Positions 27,892-40,443 of a stretch of DNA of 64,000 bases are shown piece after piece. Below the pieces are notes generated by a model, which saw only the letters and a list, made by a program, of their open reading frames with translations, had not been told where the DNA came from and did not search any database. The position numbers were made by a program, and so were the translations under genes. The DNA lies in assembly GCF_006345805.1 (NCBI RefSeq), contig NC_043012.1, forward strand, positions 39,618,001 through 39,682,000. The letters are read 5' to 3'. The DNA comes from Octopus sinensis (taxonomy: Eukaryota). Positions within the stretch are counted from its first letter, which is position 1. Every line of letters starts with the position of its first letter.

Positions 27892-27922
<31 letters not shown>

Positions 27923-27990
27923 TGATGACGACGATTTCTTTTATTTGGTACCAGGGCGCAGGATGAGGGAGACAGTACAACTGGTTAGGG

Positions 27991-28028
<38 letters not shown>

Positions 28029-28239
28029 GTGAACAAAAAGGACACAATCAAATGCTGTCCTTTAAACTCATTTGCAGAGAAGAACAAATACAAAAACAAA
28101 ATACAGAGCAATAGATAGAGATAACGATGGTCGATGATATGCGAGAAGTATGGATGCCTGTGTAATTATATCTTCACTTTTGACAGAATGTCTTTGAGTG
28201 GGATTACGAAATAGCATTGACCCAAATCTTTAGAATGAG

Positions 28240-29340
28240 ATGCAAACGTGCAAAAATCATCATCATCATCATCATCATCATCGTCGTCGTCGCTAGCGTC
28301 AACACTATTATGATCTCCATCATCATCACCGACAACAATGACAATGTTATCGCCTCAAACAGCATTAGCATTACCTATAACAACGGCACCGCCAACAACA
28401 CCGCCCACACGACCACCAGCTTCATCTGTACCAACTGCAGCATTACCAATATCAACGTCGACTGAACCACCACTTATACTAGCACCTATACTCGCACACT
28501 CGCAATGCCACCACCGTTTTTAACGCCAACCAACACGTTCGGTACTACCAACAAGACCACCATTGCATTATGGCACCAATCCTCACTACCGACACCCACC
28601 AAAACATTATTATCATCACCAACAGCACTGCTACCAATACTACCACCACCACTACTACCAACAGGTCTACTACTACTACTACTACCAACAGCAACATCAC
28701 TACCAAAACTTCCAACACCACTACCATCACCATTACCACTACCAACACTATTGTCACCACCACTACTACCAACATTACCACTACCAAAACCATAACCACC
28801 AACGCCATCACTACCAACGCCGCCACTACCACCACCATCACCACCACCGCTACCGCCACTACTACTACTACTACAAACACTACCACCACCAACACCCATA
28901 ACCACCAGCGCCTCCACTACTAACGCTGCCACTACTAACATCACTGCTACTAGCACCACCATGACCTACACCACCACCACCATCACTACTAGCACCACTA
29001 CCATCAACACTAACCACACCATCCTCCCCACCACCAACAGCAATACCATTACTATCACCAACCACTCCACCACCGCCACTAGTATCACCATCTGCATCAA
29101 CTACGCTACCTTCGACGAGACCGCCTTCTCTATCGCCATCACCAACACCACCCACCCCCAACGCCTCCTTAAAAGACCCTATAATTTATATCTCCACCAA
29201 ACTTGTGATGTCACTAAATGGATGTCATTCCTTCACTTATTTCCCACCAAATTAGTTCACTCCTATTAATGCTACTAACACCACTTCCATCATCACCTCT
29301 CCCACCTCTCGCACCACCACCGCTATCAAGTAAATACTCA
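28240..29340. repeat. Cryptic trinucleotide low-complexity tract (ACC/ACT/CAT/CAA)
   Basis: Poly-Thr, poly-His and poly-Pro ORFs in all three frames with frame switches. Confidence 0.85.
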
Positions 29341-29525
29341 GGTAATTATCAGGTGAAAAGATTTTTATATTCTTAGTTTTTTTGTGAGAATTATTGGGTT
29401 TTTTTTCTCATAATATATCTTTAACAAAAACAACAAAAACTGAAATAAGTTTTCTCATTTTACTTTCGTAAAAGATATATTATTTCACGTTGCTGGTATT
29501 GTTGCTCTTGTCACTTCTAGTGTAA

Positions 29526-29566
<41 letters not shown>

Positions 29567-30037
29567 TTCTTTTGCCTCTCGTCTACTGTCCTCAGGTCTT
29601 ATCCCTGTCATTCTAGGAGAATCTCTCATTCTCTCTCCCTCTTTTCTCTCTCTTATCTTCTCTATTGTCCTCAGGTCATGTTCCGTTAATTTAAGGTTGC
29701 TAAAAAAGTGCAGCTTGCTCTCACGTAGATCGGATTAAAATAATCTTAATATCTGAGTCACTGTAATGTTAGGCTTGGATCTGTAGCCCAAAGTGAACGC
29801 AATTTACTGCAAATAAACATAGACGGCCACTAACATAATTGCCATCATGAAATACTGTGTTGTCTTTCAAGTAGGAACGGTTCAGTTCGACGTTATTGTT
29901 TAACCAATTGTATTTTATGTATCGTGGCTCATTTTACCTGTTAACACGTTCTTGTCTGACTCTTTACGTTATAATACTTTCTTTAATATATTACTTCATA
30001 AAATGATCGGCTTTTAGCATATCTAACACATTTCCAG

Positions 30038-30087
30038 GTGCAACATTCCTCATAACAATAGTCTCATGTTCTCAAAGGTGTGATTAA
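30038..30087 (+). pseudogene. Candidate short exon (GATFLITIVSCSQRCD*), paralog copy 1
   Basis: tctaac...atttccAG acceptor. Homologous to 33775-33824 with the same acceptor and stop position. Confidence 0.3.
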
Positions 30088-30239
30088 GCTAATCGAATGG
30101 ACAGTGGCGCCATTGTGGTGCACGATTGTAGTCCAGTTTGTAGCAAGTATTTCAGCAAGGTCAAAGATCTTCCTTTTATTGAGATTCCCAAAGTATTTTG
30201 GCACTCCAACGCCATCTCGAACTAATTCACAAACTGACG

Positions 30240-30277
<38 letters not shown>

Positions 30278-30430
30278 TACACACAACACACATACACACA
30301 CACACATACACACACCACACACATACAAACGCACACGCACACACACACAAATGCACATACTGTAAAGACTACTTTATTTCTTTTTAGAATGTTGTTTTAA
30401 AATTTTGTTTTAAATAACACACAGAAACAT

Positions 30431-30597
30431 AGACAAGACGGGCTTCTTTCAGTTTCCCTCACTCAAATTCACTCAAAAGCCATTGGTCGGCCTACAACTA
30501 TAGTAAAAGCACTTGCTCAAGTCACCAGGAAACGACCCGGAACCGGAAGCGATGCAGTTGCGAAGCAAACGCCTTACAACGTGGTCATGGTTGCACT
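30431..30597 (-). mobile_element. SINE family A, 5' half
   Basis: gacgggcttctttcagtttcc...ttggtcggcc...ctatagtaaaagcacttgctcaag. Confidence 0.7.
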
Positions 30598-30825
30598 TAT
30601 CCGCTTCCTCGCCATCTTTTTCTTTTACATTTTTGTTTGTTATCTTTCCTCTTTCCTTGGTTCCAGACAATTCTATCCCAACTTTTTTTTCAATTAGCCA
30701 GGTTTTCTTTAGATGGTATGTGTCTTTAAAGACTTTGGGACGTCGGTGGTTGCCTTATTAAATAATATATCAATGTCTGAAACTAAACTACATGCATTTT
30801 AGGAATAATACTGTTAATTTGTTGT

Positions 30826-31579
30826 GTTGACGGTTTGTCACTGGGGGACAAATTCTCGATGCACAATACCCCGGATGTCGAAACAAACGATGAGCATCTC
30901 TTGATGGAATAGGAGCTCTGTCGTGCCTACCTCGGCCGTGCCCATAGATCAAACTCTCGTCACAGGTGACGAAGGATGTGTCGGCACATTGACGACGAAC
31001 TTAGGAAACTTAGACACGATGTTCTTTCTTTTCGGTAATCATCAGGTGGGGGAGAAACATTGCAAAGATACCCCACATATTCAATTCACACGTTGGGCTT
31101 GATTGCACCATCTCATACGACCGACCAACAACATAAGCAATGTCATTTGATTGACCGCTGATGATACACATGCATAAGCTGAGAAGTTTTCCTCCACATT
31201 TCCGTGGGTGACGCTCGTGGCAGCTCTTCCAAATTGCTCATTTCCTCCTAGTGACGGACTTTCGCTTTTTGAAGTGCCCGTGCCACTCGAAACCTTCCAT
31301 ACGGCCCATTGCCTCGTCGCCGTAAACCTGCCGAAGCCTGCTCAATGTCTCTCTAGAAGTCTTCCCAAGTTTAAGTTCAATAACAATATCCCCGACAACT
31401 GCATGTAAGTGATCACGAAAACACTCATTTGAAAACTTCCGAAGTAACCACAACGGCGATGTCAACGCCACGCTGCTTCATGAAAGTCAATGCTACCTCA
31501 CACTGCGTAAGCAACAGTGTCTGCAATCTCTTGACTCGCTACAGAACTAGTCCGGCAAAATGTTTGATACAGCCCCGTA
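30826..31579 (-). mobile_element. Mariner (DD34D) element, 5' half: TIR, HTH domain and first catalytic D
   Basis: KLGKTSRETLSRLRQVYGDEAMGRMEGFEWHGHFK, then VTCDESLIYG, then MLIVCFDIRGIVHREFVPQ*QTVN. TIR-like end aaaatgtttgatacagccccg|ta at 31579. Confidence 0.9.
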
Positions 31580-31587
31580 CACATACT

Positions 31588-31750
31588 CACGACAGGCTTC
31601 TTTCAGTTTCCATCAACCAGATTCTCTCAGCCATTTGTCGTTCACTGGCTATTGTAGAAGACACTTGCTCGAGCCACGAAACGGTGAGGCTGAACTTGCA
31701 GCGATGTGGTTGTAAAGCAAGCTCCTTACCACACAGCCAAGCCTGCACCT
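31588..31750 (-). mobile_element. SINE family A, 5' half
   Basis: acgacaggcttctttcagtttcc...agaagacacttgc...ttaccacacagccaagcctgcacct. Confidence 0.75.
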
Positions 31751-33196
31751 AGTTACCCCCATCCCCTAATTTTCTTGATATTGTTATTATTTCTCTTTTA
31801 TTAGTTCCAGGCAATTCTAACAGAAAGTTTTTCTAAAGAGTACGATTTTCTTTAGATAGCAACCGTTTTTGAAGGTTTCTGATCAACAATCACTGTATAT
31901 TTAAACAATCTATGGAAAAATATTTCAAGCAGCTGCCTGTAGTTTAGGATTGCTTAAGTGAATTTCTTATTACTCTTAATTTATTAAACGTTATCGTATA
32001 TATTTATATATACATACATGTACACATAAAATGAATGTCTATGTACCCACACGGTGATCATACACCATCTTTACAATAGAAATTGAGCATCAGCTAGACG
32101 TGTTGCGTGCATCGAATGGAACCCACGTGCAATTGTTCTGATATTTCTAATAAATCTTTATCTCTTTGCCTATGCTTTGCACTAAACTCTGCAAACATTG
32201 CGATATCACATCACCTAAACTTACATTGGAATAAACTGCGTTCTACGAATTGTTATGTTAAGGAGTCATTTCCCATTTGAATCAAATTTCTTGACGAGTT
32301 TAAACCTCTCATTCTTTTTTCACACGCAGATCCTCTCCAAATATGTATAACCGTATTAATACAAGTAGAAGTTTTTTATCCGTCCGCCACGTTGACGACA
32401 CATTCTTCTTTCCAGTGTCTCGTTTAGGATATTCAGTTTAACTGCTTTCATGACAGTGGCATTATTCTTGAAGGTTTCCCTTAGATACTTTATGACAGGA
32501 ACAGAAACAGCTTGGATAATCTGTTGGTTTTCCTTATTTTTGTCTGTCCATCACCTGCGGTCCAGTACAGCCTATGTAGATTTTGAGATATCAAAAATTG
32601 TTGTCGGTTATGATTTTATATATTGCGTTTTATTTTATATAACATAAAATTACAAATTCATACGTAAAATAATGCAAAAATCGTTGTAGAATCATAAAAG
32701 GTTAAAAAAGACGGCCGGTAAAAGTTAAAGGACGGCCTGTAACATAATTGGATATCATTAACATTCTTACCACTCAGCCAAGCCTGATCCTTACCTCCTC
32801 ACCCTATTTTTCTTGTTGTTGTTTTTTCTCTGTTATTAGTTCCAGACGATACTAATAGAAATGTTTGTAACGAGTAGGGCCTACTTTTGAATGCATTGTT
32901 CCTCGAACGTTTTTTCATCAGCAATCGTTGTATACTTAAATAATCTATGGAAAATAACGTAACTCCCAGCAGTGAAGCATTAATTAAGGTGTTATTAATC
33001 TTAGTTCATTACACATTGTAATATATATGTACATACATTCAAACATACAATTTGAGACCCCGAAGTGTTATGGCACCGCCACTCAATCTCGAAATAATTC
33101 ACAAAGTGACAGACCCCTACACGCACAAAGAGTAAATAGTTACCTTATTTCTTTCAAGGATATTCTTTTAATATTTTGTTTTAAATCACACATACA

Positions 33197-33637
33197 TACA
33201 AGGTCGTATCCAAAAGTTCTATGAGTAGTAATACTGAATAGAAAATAACTTATATAATTTTAACATCATCTCCTTTAAAATAGTCACCTCACGCAGTATT
33301 TCACAGGTCCTAGCGTTCCTGCTGCCTTTCGAATCCGGCCCTGAAGTCGTTTTACATAAGCAAGTGGAGAACTATCTGTGATTCACTATGGATGTCGACA
33401 ACTGTTAAAACGGTAACCTTTGAGCGGCCTTTTCGTCTTGGGGAACAAATGAAAATCTGTAGATGCTAAATGTAGCGAATAGGGTGTGTGCGAAAAACAC
33501 AGCATGCTTTGAGGGCGAACAAGACACTCACAGGCGAGGAAAGTTCGGTGACGGGGTGCATTGCCGTCGTGAAGAATTCAATTCTTTGCTCCCCACAAAT
33601 CCGGTCGCTTTCGACGAATGTTCTCCCTCAAACGCTT
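33197..33637 (-). mobile_element. Mariner element, 3' half: catalytic domain end and TIR
   Basis: KRLRENIRRKRPDLWGAKN*ILHDGNAPRH, PYSLHLASTDFHLFPK (degenerate YSPDLAP.D), GDYFKGD. TIR ta|caaggtcgtatccaaaagttc. Confidence 0.9.
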
Positions 33638-33774
33638 CCTTTAATCACTTTGTTTTCTGCATCCTCAATCATTTTAGTTCACACGTCCGTGTCGGCCCCT
33701 TTCCAATCTGTTACTATCTCTATTCTGTTCCTGATTAAAATCACAGGCTTTTACCATATCTGCCCCATTTATAG

Positions 33775-33824
33775 GTGCAGCATTTCTAATGACAGCAGCT
33801 TCTTATTCTCAATGGAGTGATTAA
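33775..33824 (+). pseudogene. Candidate short exon (GAAFLMTAASYSQWSD*), paralog copy 2
   Basis: ccatttatAG acceptor. Block 33640-34065 aligns with 29910-30420. Confidence 0.3.
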
Positions 33825-34065
33825 ACTAACCGGAACTGACAGTAACCCCCCCATTCCCCACTACGACGCCTCATTGCAGTTTACTTTACTGCAAGTATTC
33901 AATCAACGCCGCATATTGATTCTACCCAACAACATTTCAAGGTGCTGCTACTCAATCTCGAACTAACTCACAAAGTGTCACACACACAAACACACAAACT
34001 GAATAATGAGTTTCGTTAGTTCTTTCTAGAATATTGTTTTACAAATATGTTTTTATATTATTAGG

Positions 34066-34447
34066 CCCACTCATGGCTATGTCGAGAAATTATTTTCTAG
34101 CCACGAGATTTCACGATTTCACTCTGTGTCACTTTAGGCAAGTTTCTTCTGATGTCGCCCCACTCGACCAGTGCCTTGTGAGTGACTTTATTAGACGGAA
34201 ACTGTGTGGAACCTCTTCGTATGTATGTTCATGTTTGTCTATATTTGTTTTTGTTTCCCCACCCACAGCTTCACAATCAGTGTTTGTTAATCTCCGTAAC
34301 TTAGCGTTTCGACAAATAAAAATGACCGATAGAATGATACAAATTTATTTATAAGTACTAGGGTCGATTCAATGGACTAACACTTGAAGTGTGTTTGGTA
34401 GCATGGCCGCAGTCCAATGACTGAAACAAGTAAATGCAAAGGATAAA
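34066..34447 (+). mobile_element. SINE family A, old copy
   Basis: gccttgtgagtgactttattagacggaaactg...ccgtaacttagcg...gaccgatagaat...agcatggccgcagtccaatgactgaaacaagtaaa. Confidence 0.6.
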
Positions 34448-36035
34448 TTTTCATGAAACATTTAAAACTATTCTTGGTCTAGCTTTCACTAAAATCATCC
34501 AATCCGGAAGCTTCACACATTCGGAAAAAGAAAAGCGAAAGAAAACACTTGGAAATGAAACGAGTCTGATGTAAGGTGGAGAAACAATTAATGCGAGGAA
34601 ACTACTTGTATTTTTGATTTCTATTAAACCCAACTAAATGTGATTTCCATTAGAAGATCGAAATCATTAGAGCAACATCCACAGTCTTCTTTCCTGGTGT
34701 AGAATTCTCAAGTAGAACTTCTTTAACTATAGAAGGTGTTTTGTATTTATGAGGATTCATTTCAATTTCCCATTTACAGTATACAATTACACTTTTCATA
34801 GAATCGATCCAGCAAGAGGTCTTCCACTTAGTGACTGCAACTGGTTCAAATAGCTGCAAATCACCCACCGACTCCGTCCTGTCGGCGTAAAGCATTGCGT
34901 GCTACGCTGAATAATGTAGTCCCTGAGATCCGTTTCTACACAAAACTACGGCCTGTCCACAGTCTGAAGCTTTTTAACTCCTGGCACTTTTACAAACAAT
35001 TTATCTTTTATTTGGTTCAGTCGATGGAATGCGGCCATGCCGGGGCCCAGGCCTTGAAGTGTTTTTCGTCGGACAGTAGTAATGATACCTTTTTACTGAA
35101 AGTAGAGTAGATTATGAGAACTTGCGTGGAGCTCTAAATCCATGAGAAGCTGTCGTATATTTAATTATACACGCAAGAAATACTGTACAGCGTTTATGTT
35201 ATATTAGTTATGCTTCGAGTAGTTTAACTCTTCCCAGATCATCGACGCTGATTGTTACTACTACTACCATCACCGGAAACATTACACCTCACCACCATTA
35301 CAAATTTTACAATCAAGCCAACTACTACCACAACTACTTACTATATATAAGTATATCTATCTATGCAACCAAATCTACCTATAGACATATCTATCTATAA
35401 CTATATATACCTTTACAACCGTACCTAGGTATAAATCTCACAAGGGCAAATGTTACAATGCTATAAAGTTCTCAGTGATGACAGGCTGCTGGCATATTTT
35501 CACTTTCTAATATTAAATATAGACATTCTAAAGAGAAATCGTGTGAATAAGTGCCACATTTGGCACAGTGTGCCAGAGGTGTATCCAATATCTCAATATA
35601 TGTAGCCAGTTATTACAGAATAGTTTGCCGTTTCCGTGGTGTTTCACTGGAAATTTCTTTACCGCGTCTTGAGTAGATTTCCAAGTTTGGAAGCTTTATA
35701 TATTTATTGAAGAAGTTTCTTTCCTGAACTGATCCCGTTACTTCATATTTGATCTTATCGCTAGCATTGTGTGTGCATCTTTCTATCAGTTTGTCTGTCT
35801 GTGTAACATACAAACATACGCAAAGATGCACAGATATATATAATTAAATTTTTCTGCATAATATAATGTATTAGAAAATGTATAGTAAACTTCAAATAAT
35901 CTATCTACCGATTTGAAACCTGTTGTCAGAATTGAAACCGATGTAAATTCATTTCGTAGTTCTCTTCAGACACGGAAAAATAAAGGAAATATATATATAT
36001 ACATATATATATATTTATGCATATATATATATATA

Positions 36036-36404
36036 TAGCAGTATCGCCGGCGTTGCTCAGGTTGTAAGGGAATACTATAAAGCATTTTTAGAGAGTTATA
36101 GCCAAAAATAGCAAATAATGGAAAAAAATGATGGTAAATTTTTTTTTTGAGAGTAAAAAAGGTGAGTTGCGTCCCCTAGACAGTCTGTGGTTTGTTTTTT
36201 TTTATTCTCGACCCTATGTCGAATTTATCGATTTTTTTCAGAACTGGGGGAACTTTTCAAAATTTTCGCTGCGTTAGTTTTGAATTATGACATTGGGCTA
36301 TGTGTGTGTCAAGTTCATCAGAATCGGTTGAAAGCCGTGGTCAGGGTGAGGGTACAACCAAACGACACACAAAAACACGCACAGACAAACTGCCGTTTAT
36401 ATAG

Positions 36405-36406
<2 letters not shown>
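36036..36406 (+). mobile_element. HINE/Lep1-like non-autonomous Helitron-Helentron element
   Basis: 5' tagcagtatcgccggcgttgctcagg hairpin, aagttcatcagaatcggttg motif, acagacaaac near the end, 3' tttatatagat. Inserted in (TA)n. Confidence 0.65.
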
Positions 36407-36460
<54 letters not shown>

Positions 36461-36858
36461 TATATATATATATATATATATAGATCTATATATATATATA
36501 TATATATATATGCATATATATATATATATATTATATGCATATATATATATATATAATATATATATCATATATATATACATAAATATACATTATGTATATA
36601 TGCATATATATAAATATATATATATATATACATAAAATACATTTATGTATATGCATATATATAAATATATATATATATATATACATAAATATACATTTAT
36701 GTATATGCATATATATAATATATATATATATACATATACATTTGTATATATATACATATACAATTATATATATATATACATATACATATACATTTGTATA
36801 TATATATATATATATATATACAATTTATATGTATATATGTATACTGAATACGCACACA

Positions 36859-36990
36859 TACACCCACACCACGAAATGTTTGGTGGGATAGTCTGGCTAG
36901 ACATACGTATATGCATATATATATATATATATAGACACATACATATGTCTATCTATACGACCCCACCAAACATTTCGTGGTGTGTGTGTA
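36859..36990. mobile_element. 132-bp mini-MITE, TA-bounded, near-palindromic
   Basis: Perfect 23-bp inverted repeat cacaccacgaaatgtttggtggg (36865-36887) / cccaccaaacatttcgtggtgtg (36962-36984), extending to TA with one mismatch. Confidence 0.8.
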
Positions 36991-37364
36991 CGTATTTATG
37001 TTAATGCTTATGTATACAGAAATATGTATATGTATGCGCATGCCTATTTACATAAAACAATACTTCTCTGGAGATCTCTCGTATCTGACGCCGTCATTAT
37101 TGAATTTGAGAATATAATCTGGTGTGTGTGTGTGTGTATGCGTGCGTGTTTCTACCTATTAGCTCATCTGTGATTAGTGTTGACGTCATATTGCTGTTGT
37201 ACCAATTTCTTTTTCTTGTTCATTTTCTCGGCATTAATCTGCAAGTTCTTTGTTTAACCATGGAAACCAAGAAAATTCATTTCGAATTAAAATACAATAC
37301 ACACACTCACACAAACACACACCACATGCCTGTGTAGATATTAGAAGATGTATAAATGTACATG

Positions 37365-37429
<65 letters not shown>

Positions 37430-37530
37430 TATGTAAATTTACAGATGTGTGTGTGCTCGTGTATGTCTGTATATATATGCGTGTGTGTGCGTGTGTGTGT
37501 GTTAATATACACAGTCATATCTAGAAACTT

Positions 37531-37800
37531 GGTCTGATCAATAAGTATCCGGACTATTGCCATAGAAACGAAGTTACAGCATGCAGAGTAAAGCTGCTTG
37601 GCACAGATTGACCATGTACTCTACTGTGCATGCGTACTATGTTTTAACGTTCTAGCTCACTTCTGCTGTTTACAGTAGTGCTTGGAAGGAAGGTGTGTCG
37701 CGTGTGATTGTCACATTGACTAAGGTGAGAAAATTGAGCAGAGAATCTGCATCAAATCTTGCCAAAAGCTTGGTGATATCTGTTCAGAGGCCTAAGCAAT
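37531..37800 (+). mobile_element. Mariner 5' fragment (TIR, leader, start of transposase)
   Basis: ggtctgatcaataagtatccggac TIR; EKIEQRICIKSCQKLGDICSEA. Confidence 0.85.
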
Positions 37801-37889
37801 GTTTTCAACAGTTCTTGACACAATCAAGGAGATCTTGTGTAACTGAAACCCGGGTGTGTTTTTGGTCTGTTTTATTTTTTAATTTTCTT

Positions 37890-38379
37890 TTTTCGTACAA
37901 GCTTGGCAAACACGCATCTCGTACCCAAATCTTCACAGATAATGGACTGAACTGAACCGTAACTAATCTGCACATCCTCTAATAATTCACGGATGGTGTT
38001 TCGACGATTTCTTCTCACAGCTGCTCGCACATCCACGATGTTTTTCTCAGTTCTGCTGGTTGCAGGTTCTTACAGAACGTTTGTCAATATCGACATTTTT
38101 CGGCCATTTTGGAAACGTATATGTGTGCGGCTCATATACTCCCCTTCATACACTTTCTGCAACTTTGCGTAGGCCTCTGAGCAGGTAACGCCATGGCAAC
38201 TTCCTTTGTCATGGTCAATGCGACGATCACACGCTACACACCTTTCTTCCAGGCACTGCTGTAAACAACGGGAGTGAACTACAACGTTAAAGGTCAATCT
38301 TTGCCAAGCGGCTTCAGTCTGCGTGCTTTAGATTCGTTACCATGCCAAAAGTCCGGATACTTATTGGTCAGACCTCGTA
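37890..38379 (-). mobile_element. Mariner 5' fragment of the same family, inverted
   Basis: TIR gtccggatacttattggtcagacctcg|ta; CSEAYAKLQKVYEGEYMSRT; ATSRTEKNIVDVRAAVRRNRRNTIRELLEDVQISYGSVQSIICEDLG. Confidence 0.9.
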
Positions 38380-40038
38380 CGTAGAAATATGTATGTAACA
38401 GAAAGGTGAGATTTCTGTTACATGAATGAATATTTATGACATATTGCCATTGATCTAACTGTTCATTTACTAACAGGTGTGGGTAGGCACCGAATTATAT
38501 ATATACTTAGAAACACACACACACACACACACAGAATGAACACTCCCGAAAAGTAGATGGTTGTAGTTTAACCGGCTGATTGTGTTTGCCTAAAACACAT
38601 GGTTCGTGCGTGAGACACACAGAGAACAGGCCCAAATGATTAGATATTATATACGTTTGTAAAGCAAGCCCATCAACTTCAACAGTTGGTGTTTGGAAAC
38701 CAAATCACTCCAAACTCCATTACCCAAACGAAATCCGCTCCAGAATACATTAATCTATAATCGTACAAAAGTTTCGATCAAGTGATCTTGCTAGTGTTAT
38801 CTCCCTTTATTGTTTTCAGGACACCACCTAGGGGCATGATTCCTCTCTCAATTGCTTAGATAATCTAAACTGGCCCCAATGTATATCTGTTGTCTGTTTA
38901 CATCTGTTGTCATCTTTACTTTGGCTTACAACAACTCATAGTCTATAAAACAATCAGAAACTATGTATTGGGGTTTATATATTCAACACAGAATCTAGCT
39001 TACAAAAACGTTTCCTTTTCCATTTATTTTTCTATAAATGAAAAAAAAAACATTTAGACTACTTATTCCCCTCCGGCATATTTCATTCTTTCTACTTAGT
39101 TTCACCCCTTTCCTTTTGTGTTTACATTGAGAGAAAGAGTGGCCGCGCATTACTACGTAGCACTACTGTCTTTGACTGCTCCATTTTATCCGTTTTGTTA
39201 TGTCTTTGTTCAATAAGATGTTACTCACCTGTCACTCAACTCTTCACCGTTATTAAATAAATGGTGCCTGAGAATGATCTCCCTCGACCCTTCTCGTGAA
39301 GTAACATGACCAACTGTGAACTACAAGGTGGAGAGAAGGGAGGAAAATAGCCTCCAGTACTTGTCTAGTACTTTATTTATCGATCCCGAAATGAGAAAGA
39401 GGCAAAATTTTATACAGTCACCTATCAGTATTAGTTGTAGCCACGACTCCAGACATTCTGTTCACGCCATACTTCACTCCGGTTCCAGCATTCAAATATC
39501 TCCTATTTACACCTTCCTTTTGCTCGCATTCCTTCCGCTTTCTCCGACGTCTTCGTCCGGTGTCGTCTGCTTTCATTGAAAATAGTTTTGTACATGGCGC
39601 CAAGCAAAATTGTCTGAAAGCGGTGAATCTCCAGAGCGTCTACGACTTTAGCGCCCTCAATCTACTCAATTTCTTCTCTTTTTTTCAATTTTATTTATTT
39701 TTCTTCGCTTATTTTATTTTTACTCCATTGCTGCCTGGCCTTCACATTTTCTTTCTCTTCAGAATTCTTTATGACTTCGGGAGGAACTAAACGTGTTCAT
39801 TCATAACGTTGGCTTGTCCTTTGTTTATTTTTGGTTCTGCTTTAGATTTCGTTTATCTTTTACATTTCTTATCTCAGTCAACATACTTCCTTGCAGCATC
39901 ACACATGCACACGCACACGCACACAGAGAGGAAAAGACAGACGGACACCTGTATAGATGTATTGACATACATTCCAATAAACACATGCACCATTATTTTC
40001 TCACATCACTGATGGACAGATAGAAGATAAGTAGTTAG

Positions 40039-40081
<43 letters not shown>

Positions 40082-40395
40082 CACAACATGGTTTAGCATT
40101 TTAAGTGTTAATCCAAAGATTCAAGCCAGAATTAAGCAGTTGTTGTTGTTGCTCGTCTACTTCTTTCTCTTTTCCGCCGCCGCCGCCATTCATTTTTTCT
40201 TGCATTTTTATTTGCTTTTCTCTTTTAACTTTCGTATTTTATTGTTTTCTTGGTTTTCTCTTTACTTTCTTACTTTCCTACGTCCGCATTTTTATCACCT
40301 CCTGCATCTCTCCTCCCTCTCTCCCTCCCTCTCTCTCCCTATATGTATATGTCTGTGTATGCGAGCGCGTTTGTGTTTTTGCTTACTCCCCCCCC

Positions 40396-40443
<48 letters not shown>

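Noticed and set aside
28486-29269. Mucin-like Thr-rich and Gly/Ser-rich ORFs
   Set aside because: All frames on both strands are open in turn because of trinucleotide low complexity; no splice signals, signal peptide or non-repetitive domain.
30064-30240. Death-domain-like minus reading LNKRKIFDLAEILATNWTTI
   Set aside because: The paralog at 33800-33985 has several stops in this frame, and the AG acceptor is absent from both other copies.
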